Translations under genes and position numbers: made by a program
The notes under the pieces: model-generated
Database searches by the model: none
What the model saw: the letters and a program-made list of their open reading frames with translations, nothing else
What the model was told of the DNA's origin: nothing
Assembly (NCBI GenBank): GCA_964578155.1
Contig: CAZOBQ010000001.1
Coordinates: 66,670 to 130,669 of the forward strand
DNA from: an uncultured Lentisphaeria bacterium
Lineage (GTDB): Bacteria; Fidelibacterota; UBA8477; JABMPR01
Length of the DNA stretch: 64,000 nucleotides
Direction: 5' to 3'
Part shown: positions 18,903 to 27,041 of the stretch, piece after piece
Layout: the number at the start of each line of letters is the position of its first letter
Numbering within the stretch: the first letter of the stretch is position 1

Positions 18903-20318
18903 CTATTTCTCAAACCACAATTTACCAAGCTTGGCATAAGCCCTTTTCCCGCCAATCACGCGGTGAGAAATAAGTACAAATAGCAAGTAGGCCAGGGCAA
19001 CACCAACTGCCGCCCAAAAGAGCATGGGGTTACTCTTGGTGACACTGTAGGCTGGTAAATTGATGGCTAAAATGAAGGGAATTACCAAAAAGAACGTCAC
19101 TGCAGCAGAATACATATAGTCAGTAGCTACCGGCGTTTCAAAATCCGGATCAACCACACGCAATAAAGCCAATCCAGTTGGCATGGTACCAGTACAGGCA
19201 CCATAAATGATCAGTGCCCGATGAAACTGGTAATCAACAAAGATTCTGGAACTGATCCAGATGACTGAAATAAAGGTTACGATACCACCAGTTAGTGATA
19301 TCACTAGAATAGGTAACCAATACTGAACTACGACAGTGAGAGAGATGGCACCCACAGCAGCAGCTACCATGATATCTACAGAATTTCCGGCAATGCGGGT
19401 TAAACTACCATTGTCCAGGGTATGTTCTAGCTTGAGCTTGATCATAAGGGTTTTCACAATGAGAGCCACCATGGCAGCAAAAACAAAACTAATACCCCAG
19501 AGATTAACAGCCAAGTCGTTACCTAGGTTTCCAGCGAACCCCAGCAAAACGCCAAGGCCTTTCAGCATTAAAAAGGTAAACAAGTAAACCATGAGAACGA
19601 CTGCCATATTATAACTAGCGGAGTCAATGGCTTCGGATTCTGTGGTGAGACGTGATCCAACCTGAAGTTTATCATTTCTACCCATTACTCCAGAGCGAAA
19701 ACGTTTGGCCTGAATCTTCTCGACATGTTCCTTGCCCAGCCAGCCGCGTTTGATTCCCATATTGATGAGAATAACGCCACCAAAAGAGGCCCACATATAA
19801 CCCACAGCAGCAAAAGTGAGTCCTACATCGGGAGCTCCGGTAAAGCCCATGGTTGCCCAGCCTTCACCAATGGCGTATGCCTGTCCTGGTCCAAGAGCAA
19901 AACCCAGAGGCATGAAAAAGCCAAAAGCGGGGTAGAGTTCTGTCATAATGGTAGACATAAACAAAAAGGTCAGCAGTAAGCCCACCAAGGACTGGAGTGA
20001 GTATTGAGAAATAATTGAAACCGATGTCCCCACCACGCTTTTGTCACCTTTGCGTTTAGTGTAGGCCGGTTTTCTCAGACTCATGGCAATAAATGAAATG
20101 CTTAACAGGTGGTAAACGATGGCACCCAGACCAATCTCTGTCATACCCAGAACTGGAGCGATAAAATTGTAAAAGGGGAGGAGAATAAAGCCTGCTGTCA
20201 GGGCGTTAGGAATGAGAAAGGTTTGGAAAAACTTAACCCTGGCTCTCAATAATGTGGCCAGTAGTAATGCGATTGAAATAACACCGAGATCTAGAAACAT
20301 GTTCCAGGGAAAATTCAT
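18903..20318 (-). CDS. Sodium/glutamate symporter (GltS/ESS family)-like transporter
   Basis: 471 aa with about 12 hydrophobic segments. The N-terminus resembles GltS-type carriers. Assignment is tentative. Confidence 0.45.
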   Translation of the reverse strand: MNFPWNMFLDLGVISIALLLATLLRARVKFFQTFLIPNALTAGFILLPFYNFIAPVLGMTEIGLGAIVYHLLSISFIAMSLRKPAYTKRKGDKSVVGTSVSIISQYSLQSLVGLLLTFLFMSTIMTELYPAFGFFMPLGFALGPGQAYAIGEGWATMGFTGAPDVGLTFAAVGYMWASFGGVILINMGIKRGWLGKEHVEKIQAKRFRSGVMGRNDKLQVGSRLTTESEAIDSASYNMAVVLMVYLFTFLMLKGLGVLLGFAGNLGNDLAVNLWGISFVFAAMVALIVKTLMIKLKLEHTLDNGSLTRIAGNSVDIMVAAAVGAISLTVVVQYWLPILVISLTGGIVTFISVIWISSRIFVDYQFHRALIIYGACTGTMPTGLALLRVVDPDFETPVATDYMYSAAVTFFLVIPFILAINLPAYSVTKSNPMLFWAAVGVALAYLLFVLISHRVIGGKRAYAKLGKLWFEK

Positions 20319-20414
20319 ATTTACCTACTTCGTTTGTTTTTGTCGATTGACGGACTCTTGGTGGGGTCAGTTTACTTGCCTGATGTATTAATTACAATGG
20401 GAAAACACCCACGT

Positions 20415-20459
20415 GTCTTGCTGAGGTCGAGTGAAGCGAAAAGACTCGAAGTATGACAC
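20415..20459 (+). repeat. REP-like palindromic unit (gtc-t-gctgag...cgaag family), degenerate copy
   Basis: gtcttgctgaggtcgagtgaagcgaaaagactcgaagtatgacac. The termini cgtgtc/gacacg are complementary. Confidence 0.55.
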
Positions 20460-20565
20460 GGGTGGAAAATTAGGTTCGGGGGGTTTCGGTTTATGTGTTC
20501 AATGCGTTTTTTGGTTTGAGGAGGTTCAGTTTCGGAGTCTGGCCCACCTACCGTGGCATAGTTTT

Positions 20566-20592
20566 CGTCATCCTGAGCCCGTCGAAGGACAG
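20566..20592 (+). repeat. REP-like unit, short form
   Basis: cgtcatcctgagcccgtcgaaggacag shares the gtcatcctgag...gtcgaagga core with the copies at 2765, 25696(-) and 32489. Confidence 0.7.
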
Positions 20593-20685
20593 AAAACGCC
20601 GACTGGTCGAAGTACCCGGAACGGCAATAAAGGTATCAAGAAAAATAATGGGTTAGTGGGGTACTATATCGAATTTTTCTTGGAG

Positions 20686-20705
20686 AGACGCAATGCTTTG
20701 CGTCT
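20686..20705. repeat. Perfect 8-bp hairpin of a second small-repeat type
   Basis: agacgcaa-tgct-ttgcgtct lies inside the 515-nt non-coding gap. Confidence 0.5.
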
Positions 20706-20832
20706 TTACTGCGCCACCCCGTACTCTTAAATCCATTGAACTATTAATCATATTACGTACATTCCTGCACTATTAAACACCCAAGAGAGGACTTTTTGTA
20801 TGGGACTAAATCAATCGTCTAACACTTAGCAG

Positions 20833-21438
20833 GTGTTTCTATTGAAATTGAAAAACACATTGATTGGGGTCAGTTTTATAGTCATTAGCTTTTTTCTTTC
20901 TGATTGTGTTTCTCTATCAACACTGAATACTGTACAAACTATCAACAAGGGCACAATGTGTGGGAACATCGGCCTGGGGCCCCTTCCTGAAATTGGGGGC
21001 AGGTATGGTCTTTCTAGCAGAAGTGATTTCGGAATGAAGGTCGCGTTCCCTGGCACAATATTTATGGATTTTAAGACTGAAGTTACACGGTCACCATTTA
21101 TTACGAGCATGGATCTAGGGTATTCTGTTTTTACCTGGACAGGAACTGATGATAATCGCTACTTTATTCATGCTCTTTATCCTATGATTATGATTGGTCG
21201 GGAAAATTGGTACCTTGGGGTTAAGAAAATCCTACTTAATCCATACGAACTTACCATAAGAGAGGACATTGAACAGCATGGGTTTAGAAATACATCAGAT
21301 CCCATTATTTCAACTGGGTATGTCTTTAATGTAGCCCAAGGTGTAAGGATCTTAACTGAGGTGAATATCCTTACTGGAGAAGAGTTAAAGGAGTCTGCAA
21401 TCTTGCCTGGGTTAGGATTTGAGTTTGAGCTTAAATAA
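20833..21438 (+). CDS. Hypothetical lipoprotein, possibly a small beta-barrel
   Basis: Hydrophobic N-terminus with FFLSDC lipobox-like Cys. Alternating hydrophobic pattern ending in GLGFEFELK. No family recognised. Confidence 0.4.
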   Translation: MFLLKLKNTLIGVSFIVISFFLSDCVSLSTLNTVQTINKGTMCGNIGLGPLPEIGGRYGLSSRSDFGMKVAFPGTIFMDFKTEVTRSPFITSMDLGYSVFTWTGTDDNRYFIHALYPMIMIGRENWYLGVKKILLNPYELTIREDIEQHGFRNTSDPIISTGYVFNVAQGVRILTEVNILTGEELKESAILPGLGFEFELK

Positions 21439-21555
21439 TTCTGAATCTGGTAACACCTTTTAACTCTTACTGTTGGATAACCCTTTGTAATCTTAACCAA
21501 AAAGCCTAGATTTCAGCATTCAAAACAACTTTACCTACAAGGATGTTATTAGTTC

Positions 21556-21948
21556 ATGGGTTTGATGCAAAATCTTAAGTCAAAGACTATAGTCTCTTTA
21601 TTAATATTTCTCACTCTAATACCTCAAGGCTATGCACAGCCTAACATGACAGCAAAAGCTAAGATTGATGTTGCTAAGGATGTGAATAAAATATATTGGT
21701 TTGGCGCGGGACTTATTTCTGGAGGGATCGGTGTCTTTTTTGCATCGACAATGGCTCCTGAACCAATAAATGAGCGTGATATAGAGACAACGGTAACAAG
21801 AGAGGTCAATGAGTACTATACAGGCTATCGGGAAGAGGGTAAAAGAATTCAAACCTCTCAGGCTATAAAGGGGGCGATTATTAACCTGACAGTCCTGACG
21901 ATTATCTATTATAAGAATGTTGTAGACAGGCCAGAGTTTAAATATTGA
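21556..21948 (+). CDS. Hypothetical signal-peptide/glycine-zipper protein (paralogue of the next gene)
   Basis: Signal peptide, then AKAKIDVAKDV...YWFGAGLISGGIGVF, then EYYTGYREEGKR. The next ORF has the same layout. Confidence 0.4.
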   Translation: MGLMQNLKSKTIVSLLIFLTLIPQGYAQPNMTAKAKIDVAKDVNKIYWFGAGLISGGIGVFFASTMAPEPINERDIETTVTREVNEYYTGYREEGKRIQTSQAIKGAIINLTVLTIIYYKNVVDRPEFKY

Positions 21949-21996
21949 TACCGACATATTGGTCGCACAAACACATCATAATAAGGGGAAAACAGA

Positions 21997-22404
21997 ATGG
22001 AAAGCAAAAGCAGAAGCGCAAAGTTGATGACAGGATTATTGTGTATCGCACTACTATTACCATCGACCATCACATTTGGACAAGAAACTGTACGAGATTA
22101 CTACATGGAAGGAAAATTTGCAGCGAAAGCTGACTATTCTGGTGGAGGAGCCGTAGTTGGAGGCCTGGTAAGTGGCTTTGCATTAGGGCTGATTGGCTGG
22201 GGTCTTGGCTATCTAATCGTAGCTAATTCCGATTCAAAAGTTCCTTCTCATTACACTGCAAACATGGACGCAACTCAAAAGATGCAATTTGAGACCGGCT
22301 ACTCCGAATATGTTATGAAAACCAAAAAGAGTAAATTCAATATGGGTGGCGGAATTGGAACCTTAGGAGCTGTAATTTATACCGTTAGTGTCACCTCAGA
22401 GTAG
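21997..22404 (+). CDS. Hypothetical signal-peptide/glycine-zipper protein (paralogue of the previous gene)
   Basis: Signal peptide, then FAAKADYSGGGAVVGGLVSGFALGLIGWGLGY, then FETGYSEYVMKTKK. Confidence 0.4.
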   Translation: MESKSRSAKLMTGLLCIALLLPSTITFGQETVRDYYMEGKFAAKADYSGGGAVVGGLVSGFALGLIGWGLGYLIVANSDSKVPSHYTANMDATQKMQFETGYSEYVMKTKKSKFNMGGGIGTLGAVIYTVSVTSE

Positions 22405-22562
22405 AACATCCTTCAAAAGTGGGTGGGGACTGCTGTTCTTTATAGTCGTCTCCATTCGCTTGTGGTCATATATCCCCAAGAGTATATTCAGCCTTGGCTT
22501 TCTTGAGCCCTTTTTACTCTAATCCAACAATTGATAACCTTTAGGGAAGCGAGGGATAAATA

Positions 22563-22952
22563 TTGAATAACTGGATCTTTTTAATGGTTATAATCGCCTC
22601 CATGATCCTTGTCATCGGTGGTTTTGCTGTCAATCTGGCCAAAAAGCAACGAGAACTTCGGAAGTTACATCCTGGCTACCCTGAGGGATACTTTCAAGGC
22701 AGGGGGATGGGTGTTGGCATTGCTATTGGCGCAAGTCTTGGTTTGGCTATGGATAACATTGCGATTGGTGTCGGGGTTGGCGTCGCCATTGGGGCTGCCA
22801 TTGGGACCGCCAACGAAAAGAAACATATAGACGAGATCAGACCGCTCACCAAGGAGGAGAGACAGCTCAAAAAACAGAAGATCATGTTTCTTGCTGCCAC
22901 CTTTATGCTTGGTTTGCTTGTGTTTGTGATCGCTTATTTGATAAACAGGTAG
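22563..22952 (+). CDS. Membrane protein with central glycine zipper
   Basis: N- and C-terminal TM helices flank GMGVGIAIGASLGLAMDNIAIGVGVGVAIGAAIG. The start is uncertain (TTG 22563 or ATG 22584). Confidence 0.4.
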   Translation: MNNWIFLMVIIASMILVIGGFAVNLAKKQRELRKLHPGYPEGYFQGRGMGVGIAIGASLGLAMDNIAIGVGVGVAIGAAIGTANEKKHIDEIRPLTKEERQLKKQKIMFLAATFMLGLLVFVIAYLINR

Positions 22953-22991
22953 GGGGTTTGACTGGTGGAAGATTTAATTTTTTAGTCTCGT

Positions 22992-23417
22992 TTAAAAGAT
23001 ATATGAGGCCATAACCAATTCAACACGCTCGATCCAGTTGTTCTCTATCCAAAATTTTAAGCCCTCAGGGTTATCTCCATTAATAAAGATATGACATTTT
23101 TCCATTCCAGCTGCCTTGATCTTATCTAAACAAAGCTCAACCAGACGTTTTCCAATGCCTTGTTTCCTATATTTTGGAAGAACTACCAAATGATGAATGG
23201 ATCCAAAGCGACCATCATGACCCCCTAAAATCCCACCAATCAGTTTTCCATCGATTTCAGCTCCAAAACTGAGTCCTGGATTGCGCCTTAAAAACGAGTT
23301 GTAGCCTTCTTGGGTGTCTGCTTTTCGCGTGGTCAAGCCTGGTGTTTCTGTCCATATCTTATAGAGACTATGATAATCGTCTGGTCTTAGATTGCGATAG
23401 CGAACTGATAGTTTCAT
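22992..23417 (-). CDS. GNAT family N-acetyltransferase
   Basis: 141 aa with the acetyl-CoA motif HLVVLPKYRKQGIGKRLV. Confidence 0.8.
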   Translation of the reverse strand: MKLSVRYRNLRPDDYHSLYKIWTETPGLTTRKADTQEGYNSFLRRNPGLSFGAEIDGKLIGGILGGHDGRFGSIHHLVVLPKYRKQGIGKRLVELCLDKIKAAGMEKCHIFINGDNPEGLKFWIENNWIERVELVMASYIF

Positions 23418-23432
23418 AGCCTGCCGATGAGT

Positions 23433-24311
23433 CTAAACCAATGCTTGAGGATGAAGGACCTTGTTCTGTAGCACTTGCTCATCTGCATGGTAAGAGGAGC
23501 GTACCAGAGGTCCTGACTCCACATATGAAAACCCTATCTTTAAACCATAAGCTTTATACTCTTCAAATTCATCGGGATGAACAAAGCGGTGTACCCGTTC
23601 ATGTTCTTTGGTAGGCTGCAAATACTGACCCACAGAGAATATCTGACATCCCGTATCCCGAATATCATCCATGACCTCAAAGACCTCTGGTTTACTTTCG
23701 CCGATCCCAACCATAATGGAGGACTTGGTTTGCAGTCCTGCTAATACAGATTGTCTCAACACGTCTAATGAGCGCTGGTATTGAGCTTGAGGACGAATTC
23801 TGCGATGGAGTCGTTCGATGGTTTCCATGTTGTGACTCATGATCTCAGGCTTTGTGTCCAAGACGGTTTTAATGTGTACAGCATCACCTTGAAAGTCAGG
23901 CGTTAGAACCTCTATTGAGCACCCTGGAACTTCTGAGTGGATTTGTTTAATCGTCTCGGCCCAGATTCCAGCTCCAAAATCATCTAATTCGTCACGATCA
24001 ACGGATGTTATCACACAATGATGCAGACCCATCTTTTTTACCGCTTCTGCTGTACGGCGAGGCTCATCCAGGTCAACGGCTGAAGGTCGACCCGTTTTCA
24101 CTGCACAGAAGGCACAGGAGCGTGTACAGGTGTCACCTAAAATCATGATGGTGGCAGCTCGGCGTTCCCAGCATTCGCTAATATTTGGGCATTTGGCTTC
24201 CTGGCAAACGGTATGAACCTTATTGTCACCTACAATGCTCTTCAGGTCTTGAAAGTTGGGACCACTACGTAGTTTGGTTTTTAGCCAGGCTGGTTTTGTC
24301 TGCTTCTTCAT
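23433..24311 (-). CDS. lipA: Lipoyl synthase
   Basis: Cluster motifs CQEAKCPNISEC and radical-SAM CTRSCAFCAV. I prefer the start at MKKQTKPAWLK (24311). Confidence 0.93.
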   Translation of the reverse strand: MKKQTKPAWLKTKLRSGPNFQDLKSIVGDNKVHTVCQEAKCPNISECWERRAATIMILGDTCTRSCAFCAVKTGRPSAVDLDEPRRTAEAVKKMGLHHCVITSVDRDELDDFGAGIWAETIKQIHSEVPGCSIEVLTPDFQGDAVHIKTVLDTKPEIMSHNMETIERLHRRIRPQAQYQRSLDVLRQSVLAGLQTKSSIMVGIGESKPEVFEVMDDIRDTGCQIFSVGQYLQPTKEHERVHRFVHPDEFEEYKAYGLKIGFSYVESGPLVRSSYHADEQVLQNKVLHPQALV

Positions 24312-24457
24312 CACGGTTTTAATATAGACTGGAGTCCTTGTTTCTAAAGCAAAGCATGACTCCACTGAATTTTTTCTTTCTGTCTTAATACGAAAATGTA
24401 TTTGCTAATTCATTTGTTTAATCGTATATTCACGATGAACGATAGGAGAACACCATA

Positions 24458-24775
24458 ATGGTTCAAGCAAAAACAGACATTTTCAACACGCAAGACATCG
24501 AATTGGCAGACATCGCCAAAGCGCTTTCACACCCTGCTAGAGTCAAGATACTTCGGGTTCTTAATGATAAGAGCCAGTGTGTTGTTGGAGAGTTGGTTGA
24601 CCTCTTACCCCTATCACAATCTACTGTCTCTCAACATCTCAAGGAATTGAAACGGGTTAAGCTCATCAAGGGGGAAATTGAGGGGCCCTCAACCTGCTAT
24701 TGTTTAAACAATGATGTTATGGCCAAAACGAAAGCAGCCTTTACTCAACTTTTTTCAGAGATGAAGTGCTGCTAG
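24458..24775 (+). CDS. arsR: ArsR/SmtB family transcriptional regulator
   Basis: HTH ALSHPARVKILRVL...ELVDLLPLSQSTVSQHLKELKRVKLI, a C-terminal CC pair, and AGGAG upstream. Confidence 0.85.
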   Translation: MVQAKTDIFNTQDIELADIAKALSHPARVKILRVLNDKSQCVVGELVDLLPLSQSTVSQHLKELKRVKLIKGEIEGPSTCYCLNNDVMAKTKAAFTQLFSEMKCC

Positions 24776-24803
24776 ATATAAAGTATAAATAAGGACAATA
24801 ATC

Positions 24804-25616
24804 ATGGAACAAAACATCGAACTCAAAGACCTAGTTAAAGAAAAATATTCCGAGATTGTAAAAGACGATGACTGTGGGTGTAGTTGTGGGTCTGGAACCG
24901 TACGTAATAAACTGGAAACCAATTTTTCTTTGGCAGATGATTATGTAAATCTCGACGGATATACCCCTGACGCAGATTATAGTCTGGGTTGCGGTGTGCC
25001 AACCAAACACGCAGAGATCAAACCGGGAGATACTGTACTAGACCTCGGTTCCGGTGCTGGAAATGATGTGTTCATTGTACAGAAGATCGTCGGTGAATTC
25101 GGCTCTGTAATTGGTCTGGATTTTACTCAAGAAATGATCGATAAAGCCAACCAAAACAAACAAAAACTTGGCCTGGATAACGTATCTTTCAAACTGGGTG
25201 ATATTGAAGATATACCCCTTGAACAAGATCATATTGATGTCCTGATCAGCAACTGTGTTCTAAATCTTGTGCCTGACAAACAGAAGGCTTTCCAGGAGAT
25301 GTATCGCGTACTAAAACCCGGGGCGCATTTTTGTGTTTCCGATATCGTGTCAGAGGGAGCAATTCCTGAGGAGCTGAAAAAATCTGCTGAACTTTATGCT
25401 GGTTGTGTTGCTGGAGCAATTCCAAAAGAAGAGTATCTGGCGTTTGTAAAACAGGCGGGCTTCGAGAATCTTCAGATCAGAAAAGAACGCTCCATTGACA
25501 TACCGGAAGAAACAGCGAAACAATATCTTTCAGAGTCAGAGTGGACAGCATGGAATACAGAAGGGCTTGGTCTTTTCAGTATTACCCTCTATGCGGAAAA
25601 GCCATTAAAAGATTAG
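24804..25616 (+). CDS. arsM: Arsenite S-adenosylmethionine methyltransferase
   Basis: SAM motif VLDLGSGAGNDVF plus the conserved Cys positions of ArsM (N-terminal CGCSCGSG, YSLGCG, ISNCVLNL, YAGCVAGA). Confidence 0.8.
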   Translation: MEQNIELKDLVKEKYSEIVKDDDCGCSCGSGTVRNKLETNFSLADDYVNLDGYTPDADYSLGCGVPTKHAEIKPGDTVLDLGSGAGNDVFIVQKIVGEFGSVIGLDFTQEMIDKANQNKQKLGLDNVSFKLGDIEDIPLEQDHIDVLISNCVLNLVPDKQKAFQEMYRVLKPGAHFCVSDIVSEGAIPEELKKSAELYAGCVAGAIPKEEYLAFVKQAGFENLQIRKERSIDIPEETAKQYLSESEWTAWNTEGLGLFSITLYAEKPLKD

Positions 25617-25626
25617 TCTTAAGTTA

Positions 25627-25661
25627 GTCTTTCTGAGCGAAACGAAGTGTAGAGAAGAATC
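25627..25661 (+). repeat. REP-like unit, degenerate forward copy
   Basis: gtctttctgagcgaaacgaagtgtagagaagaatc. Confidence 0.55.
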
Positions 25662-25695
25662 TTACTTTAAAGACAATAGTTAGTCGTCAACTGGA

Positions 25696-25720
25696 GATCC
25701 TTCGACAAGCTCAGGATGAC
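25696..25720 (-). repeat. REP-like unit, reverse copy
   Basis: The reverse complement reads gtcatcctgagcttgtcgaaggatc. With the 25627 copy it forms an imperfect inverted pair between convergent arsM and E2. Confidence 0.7.
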
Positions 25721-25741
25721 AACGCCAAGGGTCTCTGAGAC

Positions 25742-27025
25742 TTAAAGGTGTATACCTTTCAGAGAATCGACAGCACCTTCAAGGTTAGAAACGATTTCCT
25801 CAATAAATTGCCCACCCATGGCACCATCGATGAGACGATGATCAAAGCCCAGGGTAAAAATACCCATTTGGCGAATGACAATTTCATCACCAGCATCCTT
25901 TTCAAGGACAACAGGTCTCTTTTTGATCGCTCCAACACCCAGAATTGCCACATTAGGCTGGTTAATTATGGGATAACCTGCCAAATTTCCAAAAACACCA
26001 AAATTGGTGATAGAGAAGGTGGAACCTTCAAGATCATCCAGGGTCAGCTTTTTCTCTCTGGCTTTGTTTACAATTTCTGAGATGTCATCAGAAATTTGAA
26101 GTAATGATTTCACTTCTGCATTACGGACTGGTGGAACCACGAGGCCTTTGCCAACAGCAACGGCGATACCAATATTCAAGTGTTTATGCCTGACAATTCT
26201 TGCTCCATCTAGAGAAGCATTCAGCAGGGGAAATTTTAACAAGGCATCCCGCACTGCCAGGGTGATAAAATGGGTAACCGTCAGTGAATGTCCATGTTTG
26301 GCCTTGAAGGCAGTATTGTGTTCAGTAATGTAATTCATAATGCCAGTCATATCCGCCTCGCTGACCGAGTAAACATGTGCCGAGGTGTCAACACTCTGAC
26401 GCATATGCTTGGCGATGCTCTTGCGCATGGAGTCCATCTCAATGATCTCAGCGTCTTCTGGACTCACCCTGTCAGCAAGTCCGATTTCTTCTAGGCCTGA
26501 GTTTTTCTGAGTCTGAGTTTTTGTCCCATTTCGGGTTTCCAGATAAAAAAGAATATCCCGTCGCGAAACGCGTCCTCGGAAACCAGTTCCAGGGATTTTC
26601 TGGAGTTCATCAGGGCTGATTCCTTCCTGGCTGGCAATACTTCGGACTAGGGGAGAGTAATATCTATCACTTCCAAAAGACATGGATTGAGGCATTTGAA
26701 TATTAACCGGAGGTGCTGCAAATGATGCTGCTGAACCTGTACTGCTAGGAGCACCCGTTTTCTTGGGTGTTGGGGCTTCAACATCATCGCTGGTCTCAAC
26801 CCGGGCAATCACAGCATCTACATCATAGGTTTTATTTATTACCCCAATGATCTCGAGGATGGTTCCAGAAACCGGGGATGGGATTTCAGAGTCAACTTTA
26901 TCTGTTGCGATCTCAAGTAAAATCTCGTCTTTATCAATCGTATCTCCAACAGCCTTTTTCCACTCCAGTACAGTTCCCTCTGTGAGAGATTCGCCCATCT
27001 TCGGCATGACAATATCAAATATCAT
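25742..27025 (-). CDS. Dihydrolipoamide acyltransferase (E2) of a 2-oxoacid dehydrogenase complex
   Basis: Lipoyl domain EIATDKVDSEIPSP, E3-binding domain (SPLVRSIASQEGI) and catalytic DHRLIDG. Confidence 0.9.
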   Translation of the reverse strand: MIFDIVMPKMGESLTEGTVLEWKKAVGDTIDKDEILLEIATDKVDSEIPSPVSGTILEIIGVINKTYDVDAVIARVETSDDVEAPTPKKTGAPSSTGSAASFAAPPVNIQMPQSMSFGSDRYYSPLVRSIASQEGISPDELQKIPGTGFRGRVSRRDILFYLETRNGTKTQTQKNSGLEEIGLADRVSPEDAEIIEMDSMRKSIAKHMRQSVDTSAHVYSVSEADMTGIMNYITEHNTAFKAKHGHSLTVTHFITLAVRDALLKFPLLNASLDGARIVRHKHLNIGIAVAVGKGLVVPPVRNAEVKSLLQISDDISEIVNKAREKKLTLDDLEGSTFSITNFGVFGNLAGYPIINQPNVAILGVGAIKKRPVVLEKDAGDEIVIRQMGIFTLGFDHRLIDGAMGGQFIEEIVSNLEGAVDSLKGIHL

Positions 27026-27041
27026 TTATTCACCTGTCCTT

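Noticed and set aside
20431-20730. ORFs 20431..20730, 2745..2963 and 32532..32756 as possible small proteins.
   Set aside because: They are translations of the REP-like repeats (for example RHPEPVEGQ and VILSKPVLSQVEGSKD) and of flanking non-coding DNA. They have no SD site and overlap palindromes.
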